This document shows positions 1-7,379 of a stretch of 64,000 nucleotides of DNA, in pieces. Below the pieces are notes generated by a model. It saw only the letters and a list, made by a program, of their open reading frames with translations, had not been told where the DNA came from and did not search any database. Source of the stretch: Escherichia phage Pollock. The stretch lies in the sequence record NC_027381.1; one strand, written 5' to 3'. Made by a program: the position numbers and the translations under genes. Each line of letters starts with the position of its first letter. Position 1 is the first letter of the stretch.

Positions 1-60
1 AATGCACACAATCATTCTGTAAGCAAAGTACTCCCCCCCCCCCATACTTCACACATTGAT

Positions 61-85
61 GAGTCTTCGACTCTAGTGGAGCAAT
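61..85 (+). promoter_or_regulatory. Hairpin promoter-like motif copy 1 (candidate virion-RNAP early promoter)
   Basis: Inverted repeat gagtc-TTC-gactc (5-bp stem, 3-nt loop) followed by tagtggagcaat; same architecture recurs at 1501, 1551 and 3828; lies about 45 nt upstream of ORF 119..454. N4 vRNAP promoters are small DNA hairpins with 3-nt loops. Confidence 0.5.
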
Positions 86-118
86 GGTGCTCTACTTAAT
101 CATGATTAGGAGTATGTT

Positions 119-454
119 ATGAAACCTGTTAACTCTATCGGTATCTTTGGTGCTGTATCTTCCTCTACTGTATCTGCATTGAATGCAATTGAACGTGGTG
201 CAGTAGCTGTAGCTAATACTGCTAACATGGCAGTAGCTCTTACTGAATGGGGTAATGAGGAGATTGAGAACCTTCGTCATCATCGTGCTATGAAGCGTGA
301 AGTAGAAGGTGAAATCTTCCGAACCAAGTATGTAATGGAAGCAGCTAAAGAAGTAGCTGAAGTACATGCAGAAGCCAATAAAGCTATGGAGAGTGCATCT
401 CCCGAAGTTAAAGCAGTATTTGATGCATTAGTAGCTAAGCATCTCAACAAGTAA
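119..454 (+). CDS. Early hypothetical protein, Ala-rich, 111 aa
   Basis: ORF directly downstream of hairpin motif copy 1; followed by hairpin plus T-run terminator at 463..487; no recognisable domain. Confidence 0.5.
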   Translation: MKPVNSIGIFGAVSSSTVSALNAIERGAVAVANTANMAVALTEWGNEEIENLRHHRAMKREVEGEIFRTKYVMEAAKEVAEVHAEANKAMESASPEVKAVFDALVAKHLNK

Positions 455-462
455 TTACTAAG

Positions 463-487
463 CCTACTCTTCGGAGTAGGTTTAAAA
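463..487 (+). terminator. Rho-independent terminator
   Basis: cctactc-ttcg-gagtagg stem-loop followed by TTT, immediately after the stop of ORF 119..454. Confidence 0.6.
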
Positions 488-696
488 ATTCTAATTCACA
501 CATTACACATCAGATAGATAGTATGTACATAAACACATGTGTATCCATACATATCGCTATAACGCTCTAGGAAGCTCTACAATGAGATTAAGGGTAGAGG
601 TAATAGGGTAACTCATGTTGATTTAATTCAATTGATTCTAGCTATGCTAGAAGACTTATACATTACTTACTTCTTAAGCTTCTCACTTCGTGAGTA

Positions 697-1035
697 ATGG
701 GTAGAAGTAAAAGGAGTATTTCAATGGCTATCATCAAATCAATCATAGGTTCTAATACAGAACCAGAAACACTTGTAGTAAACAAATACAAAGAGCCATA
801 CGATGTATACATCGGTAGAGGTTCAATATGGGGGAATCCCTTTACAATTCAAGAATATGGTAGAGGCAGATGTATAGCCATGTATGAGCAATACATACGT
901 CAAAGACTACATCAAGAACCAGACCTATACCTTCAATTACTTGAGCTTAAAGGTAAGCGATTAGGATGCTTCTGCAAACCTAAAGCATGTCATGGAGACA
1001 TACTTATTAAGCTTATCCAAGAGTACTCAAACTAA
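697..1035 (+). CDS. DUF4326-like protein
   Basis: Motifs YDVYIGRGSIWGNPF and C-terminal GCFCKPKACHGD resemble the DUF4326 family signature. Confidence 0.5.
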   Translation: MGRSKRSISMAIIKSIIGSNTEPETLVVNKYKEPYDVYIGRGSIWGNPFTIQEYGRGRCIAMYEQYIRQRLHQEPDLYLQLLELKGKRLGCFCKPKACHGDILIKLIQEYSN

Positions 1036-1500
1036 TATCCTAATTTTCCTTATTTTCAATAAATATACTATAGAACACCTAAAGACTATCTAGATATTTA
1101 AAAGGGTTATTTATGGTTACTCAAATCACAGTAGCTGAATGCGTTCGATTGGAATGGGAAAGTCATTATTACTTACCATTTATTGAACGTTACAAACTAA
1201 TCTCATTAATCAAAAGAATACTGGAGAACTAAATGGAATGGTGGAAAGCAGAACTAATCCAGTCAGTAATTGGAGCAATTATTGGTTTAGTTGTTGTCTA
1301 TGCAATGGTTAAGTTTGGAGGAGATGAAGATGCGTAAATCATTAATCATGGGTACTAAAGCTGATGTTATTAAGATGAAAGCTAAACGTCAGATGTATAA
1401 AACAGTGACTTTTGCAGAACGTTATAGTACATCTGAACCAGTGAATCGTATTGTTACTTTCAATCATCCAATCCTTAAAACTATGTAACCCTTTTCATCA

Positions 1501-1525
1501 CCGTCTTCGACGGTGGTGGAGTAAT
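1501..1525 (+). promoter_or_regulatory. Hairpin promoter-like motif copy 2
   Basis: ccgtc-TTC-gacgg followed by tggtggagtaat. Confidence 0.5.
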
Positions 1526-1550
1526 CCTCAAGATTCTCCTTCGTTTGTAA

Positions 1551-1577
1551 GAGCGACTTCGTCGCTGGTGGAATAAT
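1551..1577 (+). promoter_or_regulatory. Hairpin promoter-like motif copy 3
   Basis: agcgac-TTC-gtcgct followed by ggtggaataat; about 40 nt upstream of ORF 1607..2020. Confidence 0.5.
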
Positions 1578-1606
1578 CCAATTAATTAACTATCGAGGTA
1601 TATATC

Positions 1607-2020
1607 ATGGCTATTCTGAATGGAAATAACGCTTCTTCTATCATCGGTGCTGCTCTGAATGGTAAAGCTACAAACAATACTCAACGTCCTCAAGCTGAAA
1701 TCTTTCTGAATGTAGGTATTACTGTTCAGTTACCTAACGAAGAAGGAGAAATGGTTGATACTTTCCTGTCTCTGCCATTTGGTTTACCACTGGATACTAT
1801 GAATGAATTAGTAATTCGCGGTAGTAACGCTCAATGGAATGGGCAAGCTGCTGCTCGTAATGAGTTACTGAAGGCTTTGATGAAAATGGGTGAATCTCTG
1901 GAAGCTGGTAGTGGTACAGAGTTACCTAAACTTCAGGTTCAATTATATCGTCGTAAAGCACAGGAAGAACATATTGCAAGCAACAATGCAATGTCTCAAA
2001 TCCTTGCTGCATTAAGCTAA
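1607..2020 (+). CDS. Early hypothetical protein, 137 aa
   Basis: ORF downstream of tandem hairpin motifs; codon choice (CTG, CGT, GGT) differs from neighbouring AT-rich ORFs, suggesting high expression; terminator follows. Confidence 0.5.
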   Translation: MAILNGNNASSIIGAALNGKATNNTQRPQAEIFLNVGITVQLPNEEGEMVDTFLSLPFGLPLDTMNELVIRGSNAQWNGQAAARNELLKALMKMGESLEAGSGTELPKLQVQLYRRKAQEEHIASNNAMSQILAALS

Positions 2021-2028
2021 TACTAATC

Positions 2029-2053
2029 GGGGAGCCTTCGGGTTCCCCTTTTA
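2029..2053 (+). terminator. Rho-independent terminator
   Basis: ggggagcc-ttcg-ggttcccc stem-loop followed by TTTT. Confidence 0.7.
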
Positions 2054-2055
2054 AA

Positions 2056-2250
2056 TTGGAGGTAGGTATGAAGATATTAGCAGTGTTTCTATTGTTCTTA
2101 TTACTGCTTAGTAATGTATTACTGGAAGTACTTGATAAGGATACAGTGCAATATCAACAACAAATGGAATGCATTAAGAAGAAAATATCTCATGGCATTC
2201 CACGTAGTTCAATCCAGTTAACAGACAGTTCTTGTAAGGTGATTAAATGA
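2056..2250 (+). CDS. Small membrane or secreted protein, 64 aa
   Basis: N-terminal hydrophobic stretch ILAVFLLFLLLLSNVLL. Confidence 0.35.
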   Translation: MEVGMKILAVFLLFLLLLSNVLLEVLDKDTVQYQQQMECIKKKISHGIPRSSIQLTDSSCKVIK

Positions 2251-2426
2251 GTATCTTTATTGTAGTTTTATTTTTCTTTCTTCTTCTCCCTTCTTTTAGA
2301 AGATTAGTATTTAAAGCACTTCGTGCTCTTCTCAGAGTATTTGGATTTGTTTTATTTATTCCAGTAATTATATGTACTGTTATTTATGCATCAATAAAAG
2401 AAGCAAATCATAAAAGAAGATATTAA
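2247..2426 (+). CDS. Small hydrophobic protein, 59 aa (hand-called, below ORF-track cutoff)
   Basis: ATG overlapping the upstream stop (ATGA); product largely hydrophobic (IFIVVLFFFLLLP, FGFVLFIPVIICTVIY). Confidence 0.3.
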   Translation: MSIFIVVLFFFLLLPSFRRLVFKALRALLRVFGFVLFIPVIICTVIYASIKEANHKRRY

Positions 2427-2476
2427 ATAACAGCTCCCAATTAAGGGAGCTTATTAAACTATTAAAGAGATAGTCG

Positions 2477-2722
2477 ATGAATAAAGAATTAATATTTATT
2501 CTTAGTTGCATACGTGAATCAATGTGTGATTACACAGAAGATGAATATGAAAATGATACATCTCAATATACGAAAACAGATGACTTATGTCTTGAAGTAA
2601 TGCTCCATAAATGTTCTTCCTTTCCTAAAGAAGAAAAAAATTGTAATGCTTGCCTATTAACTTATAAAAATAATATTGGGTATTCATCTCAAATAACAAT
2701 AGTTATTCAAAAATTAATCTAA
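2477..2722 (+). CDS. Small Cys-rich protein, paralog family member (MNKELIxIL N-terminus)
   Basis: N-terminus MNKELIFILSCI shared with ORFs at 3044, 3214, 3387, 3599, 4381, 5732 and 5923; several Cys in C-x(n)-C ... C-x2-C spacing. Confidence 0.45.
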   Translation: MNKELIFILSCIRESMCDYTEDEYENDTSQYTKTDDLCLEVMLHKCSSFPKEEKNCNACLLTYKNNIGYSSQITIVIQKLI

Positions 2723-2795
2723 AGATTATCAATATTGGTAGTCCAATATTAATGTCTCTTTAGATAGTTACTCGTTAATCCAAAAGGATATCAAT

Positions 2796-3035
2796 ATGTC
2801 AAAGAAACCTAAATCACTTAAACTGCAAGAAGTTAAATTAGGAGATGTTCCTGATTATTTAGTTACTTATAGTCGTGTAGACCGTATCTGGGGAGTACAT
2901 ATTAATGGTACTTCTGTATATATTCTTAAACGATTAGTAGGTAAAAAGTACATGTATTATGTAGGTAGTCGTTATTTTAAGACACTACGTAATGCAATAT
3001 TTAGTGTTGTATTAGGAAATTCACTTCCTTTCTAG
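2796..3035 (+). CDS. Hypothetical protein, 79 aa
   Basis: ORF with AAGGA upstream; no recognisable domain. Confidence 0.35.
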   Translation: MSKKPKSLKLQEVKLGDVPDYLVTYSRVDRIWGVHINGTSVYILKRLVGKKYMYYVGSRYFKTLRNAIFSVVLGNSLPF

Positions 3036-3043
3036 GAGAAGTA

Positions 3044-3217
3044 TTGAACCAAGAATTAATACTTATTCTCTCATCTATAAGTAAATCAAAACTTTGGTGT
3101 AATTGTTATCCTATAGCATGTACTGGAGTACATTGTTTTCATTGCGTTTTGTATGAGGATATCCAACCTAGTATGTATATTGCTAAAATTTTAAAAATAG
3201 GTGAGAGAATACTATGA
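3044..3217 (+). CDS. Small Cys-rich protein, paralog family member (TTG start, hand-called)
   Basis: Translation LNQELILILSSISKSKLWCNCYPIACTGVHCFHCVLYED; AGGAG about 7 nt upstream of the TTG; stop overlaps the next paralog start. Confidence 0.4.
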   Translation: MNQELILILSSISKSKLWCNCYPIACTGVHCFHCVLYEDIQPSMYIAKILKIGERIL

Positions 3218-3390
3218 ATAAAGAATTGATAGCTATTCTTAATTATATAGAATCATGTCCAAATTTGTGTATTCACCTAACTCCACATATTGCTTGTAAT
3301 AATATTTCATGTACTTGTTGTCCTATGTTTAGAGTAATTAGAAGAACTTACTTTAAAGACATAGCAAAAGTAGTAGAAAGAATAGTATGA
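3214..3390 (+). CDS. Small Cys-rich protein, paralog family member (hand-called, 58 aa)
   Basis: Translation MNKELIAILNYIESCPNLCIHLTPHIACNNISCTCCPMF...; ATGA overlaps with both neighbours. Confidence 0.45.
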   Translation: MNKELIAILNYIESCPNLCIHLTPHIACNNISCTCCPMFRVIRRTYFKDIAKVVERIV

Positions 3391-3602
3391 ATCAGGAATT
3401 AATACTTATTCTTAAATCTCTGTGTAATATAGAAGATTACTCAATAAGAGGAATTCTATGTACAGTCATAATAGCAAAACCAAATGAAATAGGATGTGAA
3501 CACATATCATGTAGTAATTGTTATTTTGTTAGAACAGGGCCTGTAAAACACGAATATAAATTAAAAATTAGAGAAACAATTGAGAACTTTAAAACAATAT
3601 GA
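3387..3602 (+). CDS. Small Cys-rich protein, paralog family member
   Basis: MNQELILILKSL N-terminus; CEHISCSNCYF Cys cluster; 4-nt overlap with the next paralog. Confidence 0.5.
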   Translation: MNQELILILKSLCNIEDYSIRGILCTVIIAKPNEIGCEHISCSNCYFVRTGPVKHEYKLKIRETIENFKTI

Positions 3603-3805
3603 ATAAGGAATTATTATTAATAATTCAATCACTAGTTAATTTAATTTATCTTTATCATAAGAATATGCTTTGTAAAGAAATAAGAGGAAAAGCTCCGAAA
3701 TTACACTGTATCGGTGTAGAGTGCGCTAATTGCTATTATTCTTTGTCTTCTCCTGTAGAAAAAAGATATGGCTTAAAGATAGAAACCACCATTAAACAAT
3801 TCTAA
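3599..3805 (+). CDS. Small Cys-rich protein, paralog family member
   Basis: MNKELLLIIQSL N-terminus; CIGVECANCYY Cys cluster. Confidence 0.5.
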   Translation: MNKELLLIIQSLVNLIYLYHKNMLCKEIRGKAPKLHCIGVECANCYYSLSSPVEKRYGLKIETTIKQF

Positions 3806-3827
3806 TTCTCTTTGTCGCTTCGCTCCT

Positions 3828-3852
3828 CTGCCTTCGGCAGTTCTGGGGTAAT
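3828..3852 (+). promoter_or_regulatory. Hairpin promoter-like motif copy 4
   Basis: ctgcc-TTC-ggcag followed by ttctggggtaat; about 30 nt upstream of macro-domain ORF 3870. Confidence 0.45.
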
Positions 3853-3869
3853 TTCATTTAGAGGTACTT

Positions 3870-4373
3870 ATGTTAGAAGCTCGCGGTAATATGCTTGAGA
3901 TGGATTGTGATGCTCTATGCATTACTACTAATGGATTTGTTAAAAGCAATGGTGCATCAGTTATGGGTGCAGGTATTGCTAAACAAGTTCGAATAGCTAT
4001 TCCGGGAATTGATAAGATTTTAGGACAGAAAATTGCTCGTGAAGGCAATAACGTTCATCCAATCATTAACCATAATAATATCTGGATAGTATCCTTTCCT
4101 GTTAAACCAATAACTGAAATCAGTAATGGGAGTAACTTCGTAAAACATAAATATTTCCCTGAAGGGACAACAGTTCCGGGATGGGCATGTAAAGCGAATA
4201 TCAACTTGATAGTACGTTCCTGTCATCAGTTAGTAAAACTAGCTAATCAGTATGGTTGGCAGAAAGTATTACTACCTAGACCGGGATGTGGTGCTGGAGA
4301 ACTTAACTGGAATTATGTGAAAAAGGTTATCGAACCTTTATTAGATGACAGATTTATTGTCTGTACTTATTAA
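3870..4373 (+). CDS. Macro-domain-like protein (putative ADP-ribose binding or hydrolysing)
   Basis: N-terminal DALCITTNGFVKSNGASVMGAGIAKQ resembles the macro-domain DA-x-V-N-A-A-N ... G-G-G-V motif region; C-terminal LLPRPGCGAGEL resembles the second glycine-rich loop. Confidence 0.5.
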   Translation: MLEARGNMLEMDCDALCITTNGFVKSNGASVMGAGIAKQVRIAIPGIDKILGQKIAREGNNVHPIINHNNIWIVSFPVKPITEISNGSNFVKHKYFPEGTTVPGWACKANINLIVRSCHQLVKLANQYGWQKVLLPRPGCGAGELNWNYVKKVIEPLLDDRFIVCTY

Positions 4374-4380
4374 AATATTT

Positions 4381-4587
4381 ATGAAAGATGAATTAATCAT
4401 CATTTTAAATGAAATATGGTCATTACCAGAATACCAAAATATACGTGGTCCTAAGGAAGAATTATGTAGAAGAATAACATGTACCGGAGTTCACTGTACA
4501 AATTGTCCTCTTGGTTATTTCTTAAAAGACGAAGATTACGTCTCTCAAATCCATAAAATATTGGAAGTCATTAATCATGAAATATGA
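4381..4587 (+). CDS. Small Cys-rich protein, paralog family member
   Basis: MKDELIIILNEI N-terminus; CTGVHCTNCPLGYF Cys cluster (same CTGVHC as ORF 3044). ORF track begins at 4345; ATG 4381 after the macro-domain stop is the likelier start. Confidence 0.5.
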   Translation: MKDELIIILNEIWSLPEYQNIRGPKEELCRRITCTGVHCTNCPLGYFLKDEDYVSQIHKILEVINHEI

Positions 4588-5500
4588 AACTCAACTCCTG
4601 ATTGAATCTATGTTCAACCGTCATCAAGAACGTGAACTCATTAGAAATGAATTAAGAAGTTCACCTGAAATTATGGAGTTAGTTAATGCTGCTGTTAGTA
4701 AAGCATTGGAATGGGTTAAAGGAGATTACTTTGAAAGTAAGAATAAACGTTTAGCTTTATTAGATACCAATATTTTAGAAGATTTTTATATTGATGTTGC
4801 TGGTTCATTGGCTCAGTTTGGTAAAGCTAAGTATACCCAAGTAGTAGGTATGGTGTCTGGGATGATAACTACTATGTCTCAGAAAGAGGCTATACGTACT
4901 GCTGGCGAGTTAATTTCATTAGCAGCTATGGTAGACCTAGTTGATGTGATTCCTGCGTCTATGAGCATTACAGGCTCTATGGAATTGGTTTCTCGTATTC
5001 AACTTGAACCAAAAACATTAGAACTGATTGACCAGTATCAGTATCTTCCTCCAATGATTGTTCCACCTGAACCAGTTAAATCAAATACTGGTAGTGGATA
5101 CCTGTCTATTAAATGGGATTCGTTAATTCTTAAAAAGAATCATCATGAACATGATATCTGTTTAGATAATATCAATAGATTCAATTCTGTAGCATTTTGT
5201 CTGAATGAACGAGTTATCCGTAATATTCGAGATAATCGTAAACATCTGGATAGTGCTAAAGCAGATGAGACTGCTGATGAGTTTAAAGCACGAGTAGAGT
5301 CATTCCTAAAAATGGAAAAAGAATCTATGAAAGTATTTGCAATGCTCATCAATGAAGGAAATAGATTTTATCTAACTCATAAATATGACAAACGAGGACG
5401 TACTTACTGTCAAGGTTACCATGTCTCCTACCAAGGTAATACGTATCGTAAAGCTATTCTTGAATTAGCTGATAAAGAAATAGTACCTATTGAGGAATAA
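4577..5500 (+). CDS. Phage RNA polymerase II subunit 1 (N-terminal portion of a T7-like RNAP; N4 RNAP II small-subunit analog)
   Basis: C-terminal DKRGRTYCQGYHVSYQGNTYRKAILELADKE aligns with T7 RNAP DWRGRVYAVSMFNPQGNDMTKGLLTLAKGK; upstream of the catalytic subunit ORF as in N4-like phages. Confidence 0.7.
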   Translation: MKYETQLLIESMFNRHQERELIRNELRSSPEIMELVNAAVSKALEWVKGDYFESKNKRLALLDTNILEDFYIDVAGSLAQFGKAKYTQVVGMVSGMITTMSQKEAIRTAGELISLAAMVDLVDVIPASMSITGSMELVSRIQLEPKTLELIDQYQYLPPMIVPPEPVKSNTGSGYLSIKWDSLILKKNHHEHDICLDNINRFNSVAFCLNERVIRNIRDNRKHLDSAKADETADEFKARVESFLKMEKESMKVFAMLINEGNRFYLTHKYDKRGRTYCQGYHVSYQGNTYRKAILELADKEIVPIEE

Positions 5501-5502
5501 TT

Positions 5503-5739
5503 ATGGCTGAATTATCTAAACCAGAACAACTCATTAAGATTACGTTATTACTCCGTAATATTCCAAATGAGTTAGATACGCATTTTTGTAGTACTCATCC
5601 TGCATGTGAAAAATTATGTGGACCTAAACATGATAAAAGTAAATGTGCTTTATTTACATGCTCTGAAGAAGAGATTAAGAAAACTATCTTTGGATTAGAT
5701 GCAGCAGGGAGAATGTTAGGAATTATCCCTGATGAATAA
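5503..5739 (+). CDS. Small Cys-rich protein, 78 aa (divergent)
   Basis: Multiple Cys (CSTHPAC, CGPKHDKSKC, FTC); lies between the two RNAP subunit genes. Confidence 0.4.
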   Translation: MAELSKPEQLIKITLLLRNIPNELDTHFCSTHPACEKLCGPKHDKSKCALFTCSEEEIKKTIFGLDAAGRMLGIIPDE

Positions 5740-5926
5740 AGAATTAGTTTTAATCCTTAAAGAAATAAAAAGAGTATCTGAAACTTCTAAACATGGATGT
5801 ACTGGTAGTAAATTTAAAGAATTATTTCGTTGTTTAAATGTATCTTGTGGAGTATGTATATTAAATAATATACAAAATCCAAAAAAGTATAATTATCAAA
5901 TATTCTCTATTCCAATAAATCTATGA
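5732..5926 (+). CDS. Small Cys-rich protein, paralog family member
   Basis: MNKELVLILKEI N-terminus; CLNVSCGVC cluster. Confidence 0.5.
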   Translation: MNKELVLILKEIKRVSETSKHGCTGSKFKELFRCLNVSCGVCILNNIQNPKKYNYQIFSIPINL

Positions 5927-6135
5927 ATAAACAATTTATTCTTATATTGGATTCAATTAGGGATTGGGCAAAATCAGAATTTTCTTGTAAGGGTGGACTG
6001 TTAACTATACGCGATACATATATAAATGAACATTTATGTGGGTATTTATGTACCTCATGCCCTATTGTTCAAGTAAGAAGTAAACAACTTTATCCCGACC
6101 AAATCATTCAAACTTCCTCTCAACTAATTAAGTGA
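5923..6135 (+). CDS. Small Cys-rich protein, paralog family member
   Basis: MNKQFILILDSI N-terminus; CGYLCTSCP cluster; 4-nt overlap with the RNAP catalytic subunit start. Confidence 0.5.
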   Translation: MNKQFILILDSIRDWAKSEFSCKGGLLTIRDTYINEHLCGYLCTSCPIVQVRSKQLYPDQIIQTSSQLIK

Positions 6136-7370
6136 GACTCAATATGCAACAGTTTACAGCTTTCCAATATATCAAATTAGATATTGCTAACTCTTTTGGT
6201 TTAGATAAAGAACTGTTTGATGACCGTATCAAATGGTTTGAAGAAAACAAAAATAATTTAGCTAATTTGGTAAATGATGCAGATGAACCTGCTCAATTCT
6301 ACGCAGGTATGTTGGCATACCAAGATGTACTGGAAGGTAAACCAATTGGTTATTTAGTAGGTATGGATGCTACTGCATCTGGATTGCAGTGTATGGCTGC
6401 ATTAACTGGCTGTAAGACTACCGCTGAAACAGTAAATCTTATTGACCCTAATTGTCGTAAAGATGCTTATACCGATGGCTATAAAGTCATGGGAGAACTA
6501 CTTAATGGCAAGATTGATAAGATTGACCGTAAGGATTTGAAGGGAGCTATTATGACTCACTTCTATGGTTCTCAAGCAAATCCTAGAAGTGTATTTGGTG
6601 AAAATACTATAGAACTACAAAAGTTCTATGAAACTGTTCAAACCATTGCTCCCGGTGCAAATATGCTACGAGATGATTTAATCAATCTCTGGCAACCAAA
6701 AGCACTTCAACATTTATGGGAATTACCAGATGGCTTTACTGCTGTCGTTAAAGTAATGACCATGAAAGAAGAAAGCTTTGAAGTAAATGAATTAAATAGT
6801 TCCTTTACTCATCGTTATTGGGTTAATGAGGGTCAGGATTTTGGTTTATCACTTGCTGCTAATGTTGTTCACTCTGTAGATGGGATGGTAGTACGTGAGA
6901 TGAATCGTCGTGCTAACTACGATGAAACCAAAATACAGCGTGTATATGAGCTTCTGACTGGTTCAAACAATACAGGTATTGTGGACTATACAGTAGATGA
7001 TAAACAGCTTAAGAGAGCTATTGAGCTTGCTGAAAGACATCGTTTTGTTTCTACTGTGATGATTGAGTTCATTAACCATGAGAATGTACATATGATTCCT
7101 TTATGGATTAAGAACCAACTCATCGAAATTATTGAGAAGATGTTGGCTCATAAACCATATGCATTAATTGCAATTCATGATTGCTTTAAATGCCATCCTC
7201 TGTATATGAATAACGTGCGTCAGAACTACATTGATATCTTTGCTCAGATTGCAGATAGCACAATGCTTCAAGCAATTGCATCTCAAATCTCTGGTAAACG
7301 TATTCCAGTAACTAAACTGTCTAATGACCTTTCAACATACATTCGTAAATCCAACTACATGCTTAGTTAA
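6132..7370 (+). CDS. Phage RNA polymerase II catalytic subunit (T7-like single-subunit RNAP palm and fingers)
   Basis: Motif A-like GMDATASGLQC (T7 DGSCSGIQH), motif B-like RKDLKGAIMTHFYGS (T7 KRSVMTLAYGS), NVVHSVDGMVVRE (T7 NFVHSQDGSHLRK), motif C-like IAIHDCF (T7 LIHDSF). Confidence 0.85.
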   Translation: MRLNMQQFTAFQYIKLDIANSFGLDKELFDDRIKWFEENKNNLANLVNDADEPAQFYAGMLAYQDVLEGKPIGYLVGMDATASGLQCMAALTGCKTTAETVNLIDPNCRKDAYTDGYKVMGELLNGKIDKIDRKDLKGAIMTHFYGSQANPRSVFGENTIELQKFYETVQTIAPGANMLRDDLINLWQPKALQHLWELPDGFTAVVKVMTMKEESFEVNELNSSFTHRYWVNEGQDFGLSLAANVVHSVDGMVVREMNRRANYDETKIQRVYELLTGSNNTGIVDYTVDDKQLKRAIELAERHRFVSTVMIEFINHENVHMIPLWIKNQLIEIIEKMLAHKPYALIAIHDCFKCHPLYMNNVRQNYIDIFAQIADSTMLQAIASQISGKRIPVTKLSNDLSTYIRKSNYMLS

Positions 7371-7379
7371 GGAACTTCT

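Noticed and set aside
92-367. Minus-strand ORF overlapping early ORF 119..454
   Set aside because: Antisense to a better-supported ORF that sits correctly downstream of the hairpin motif and upstream of a terminator; all other early genes are on the plus strand.
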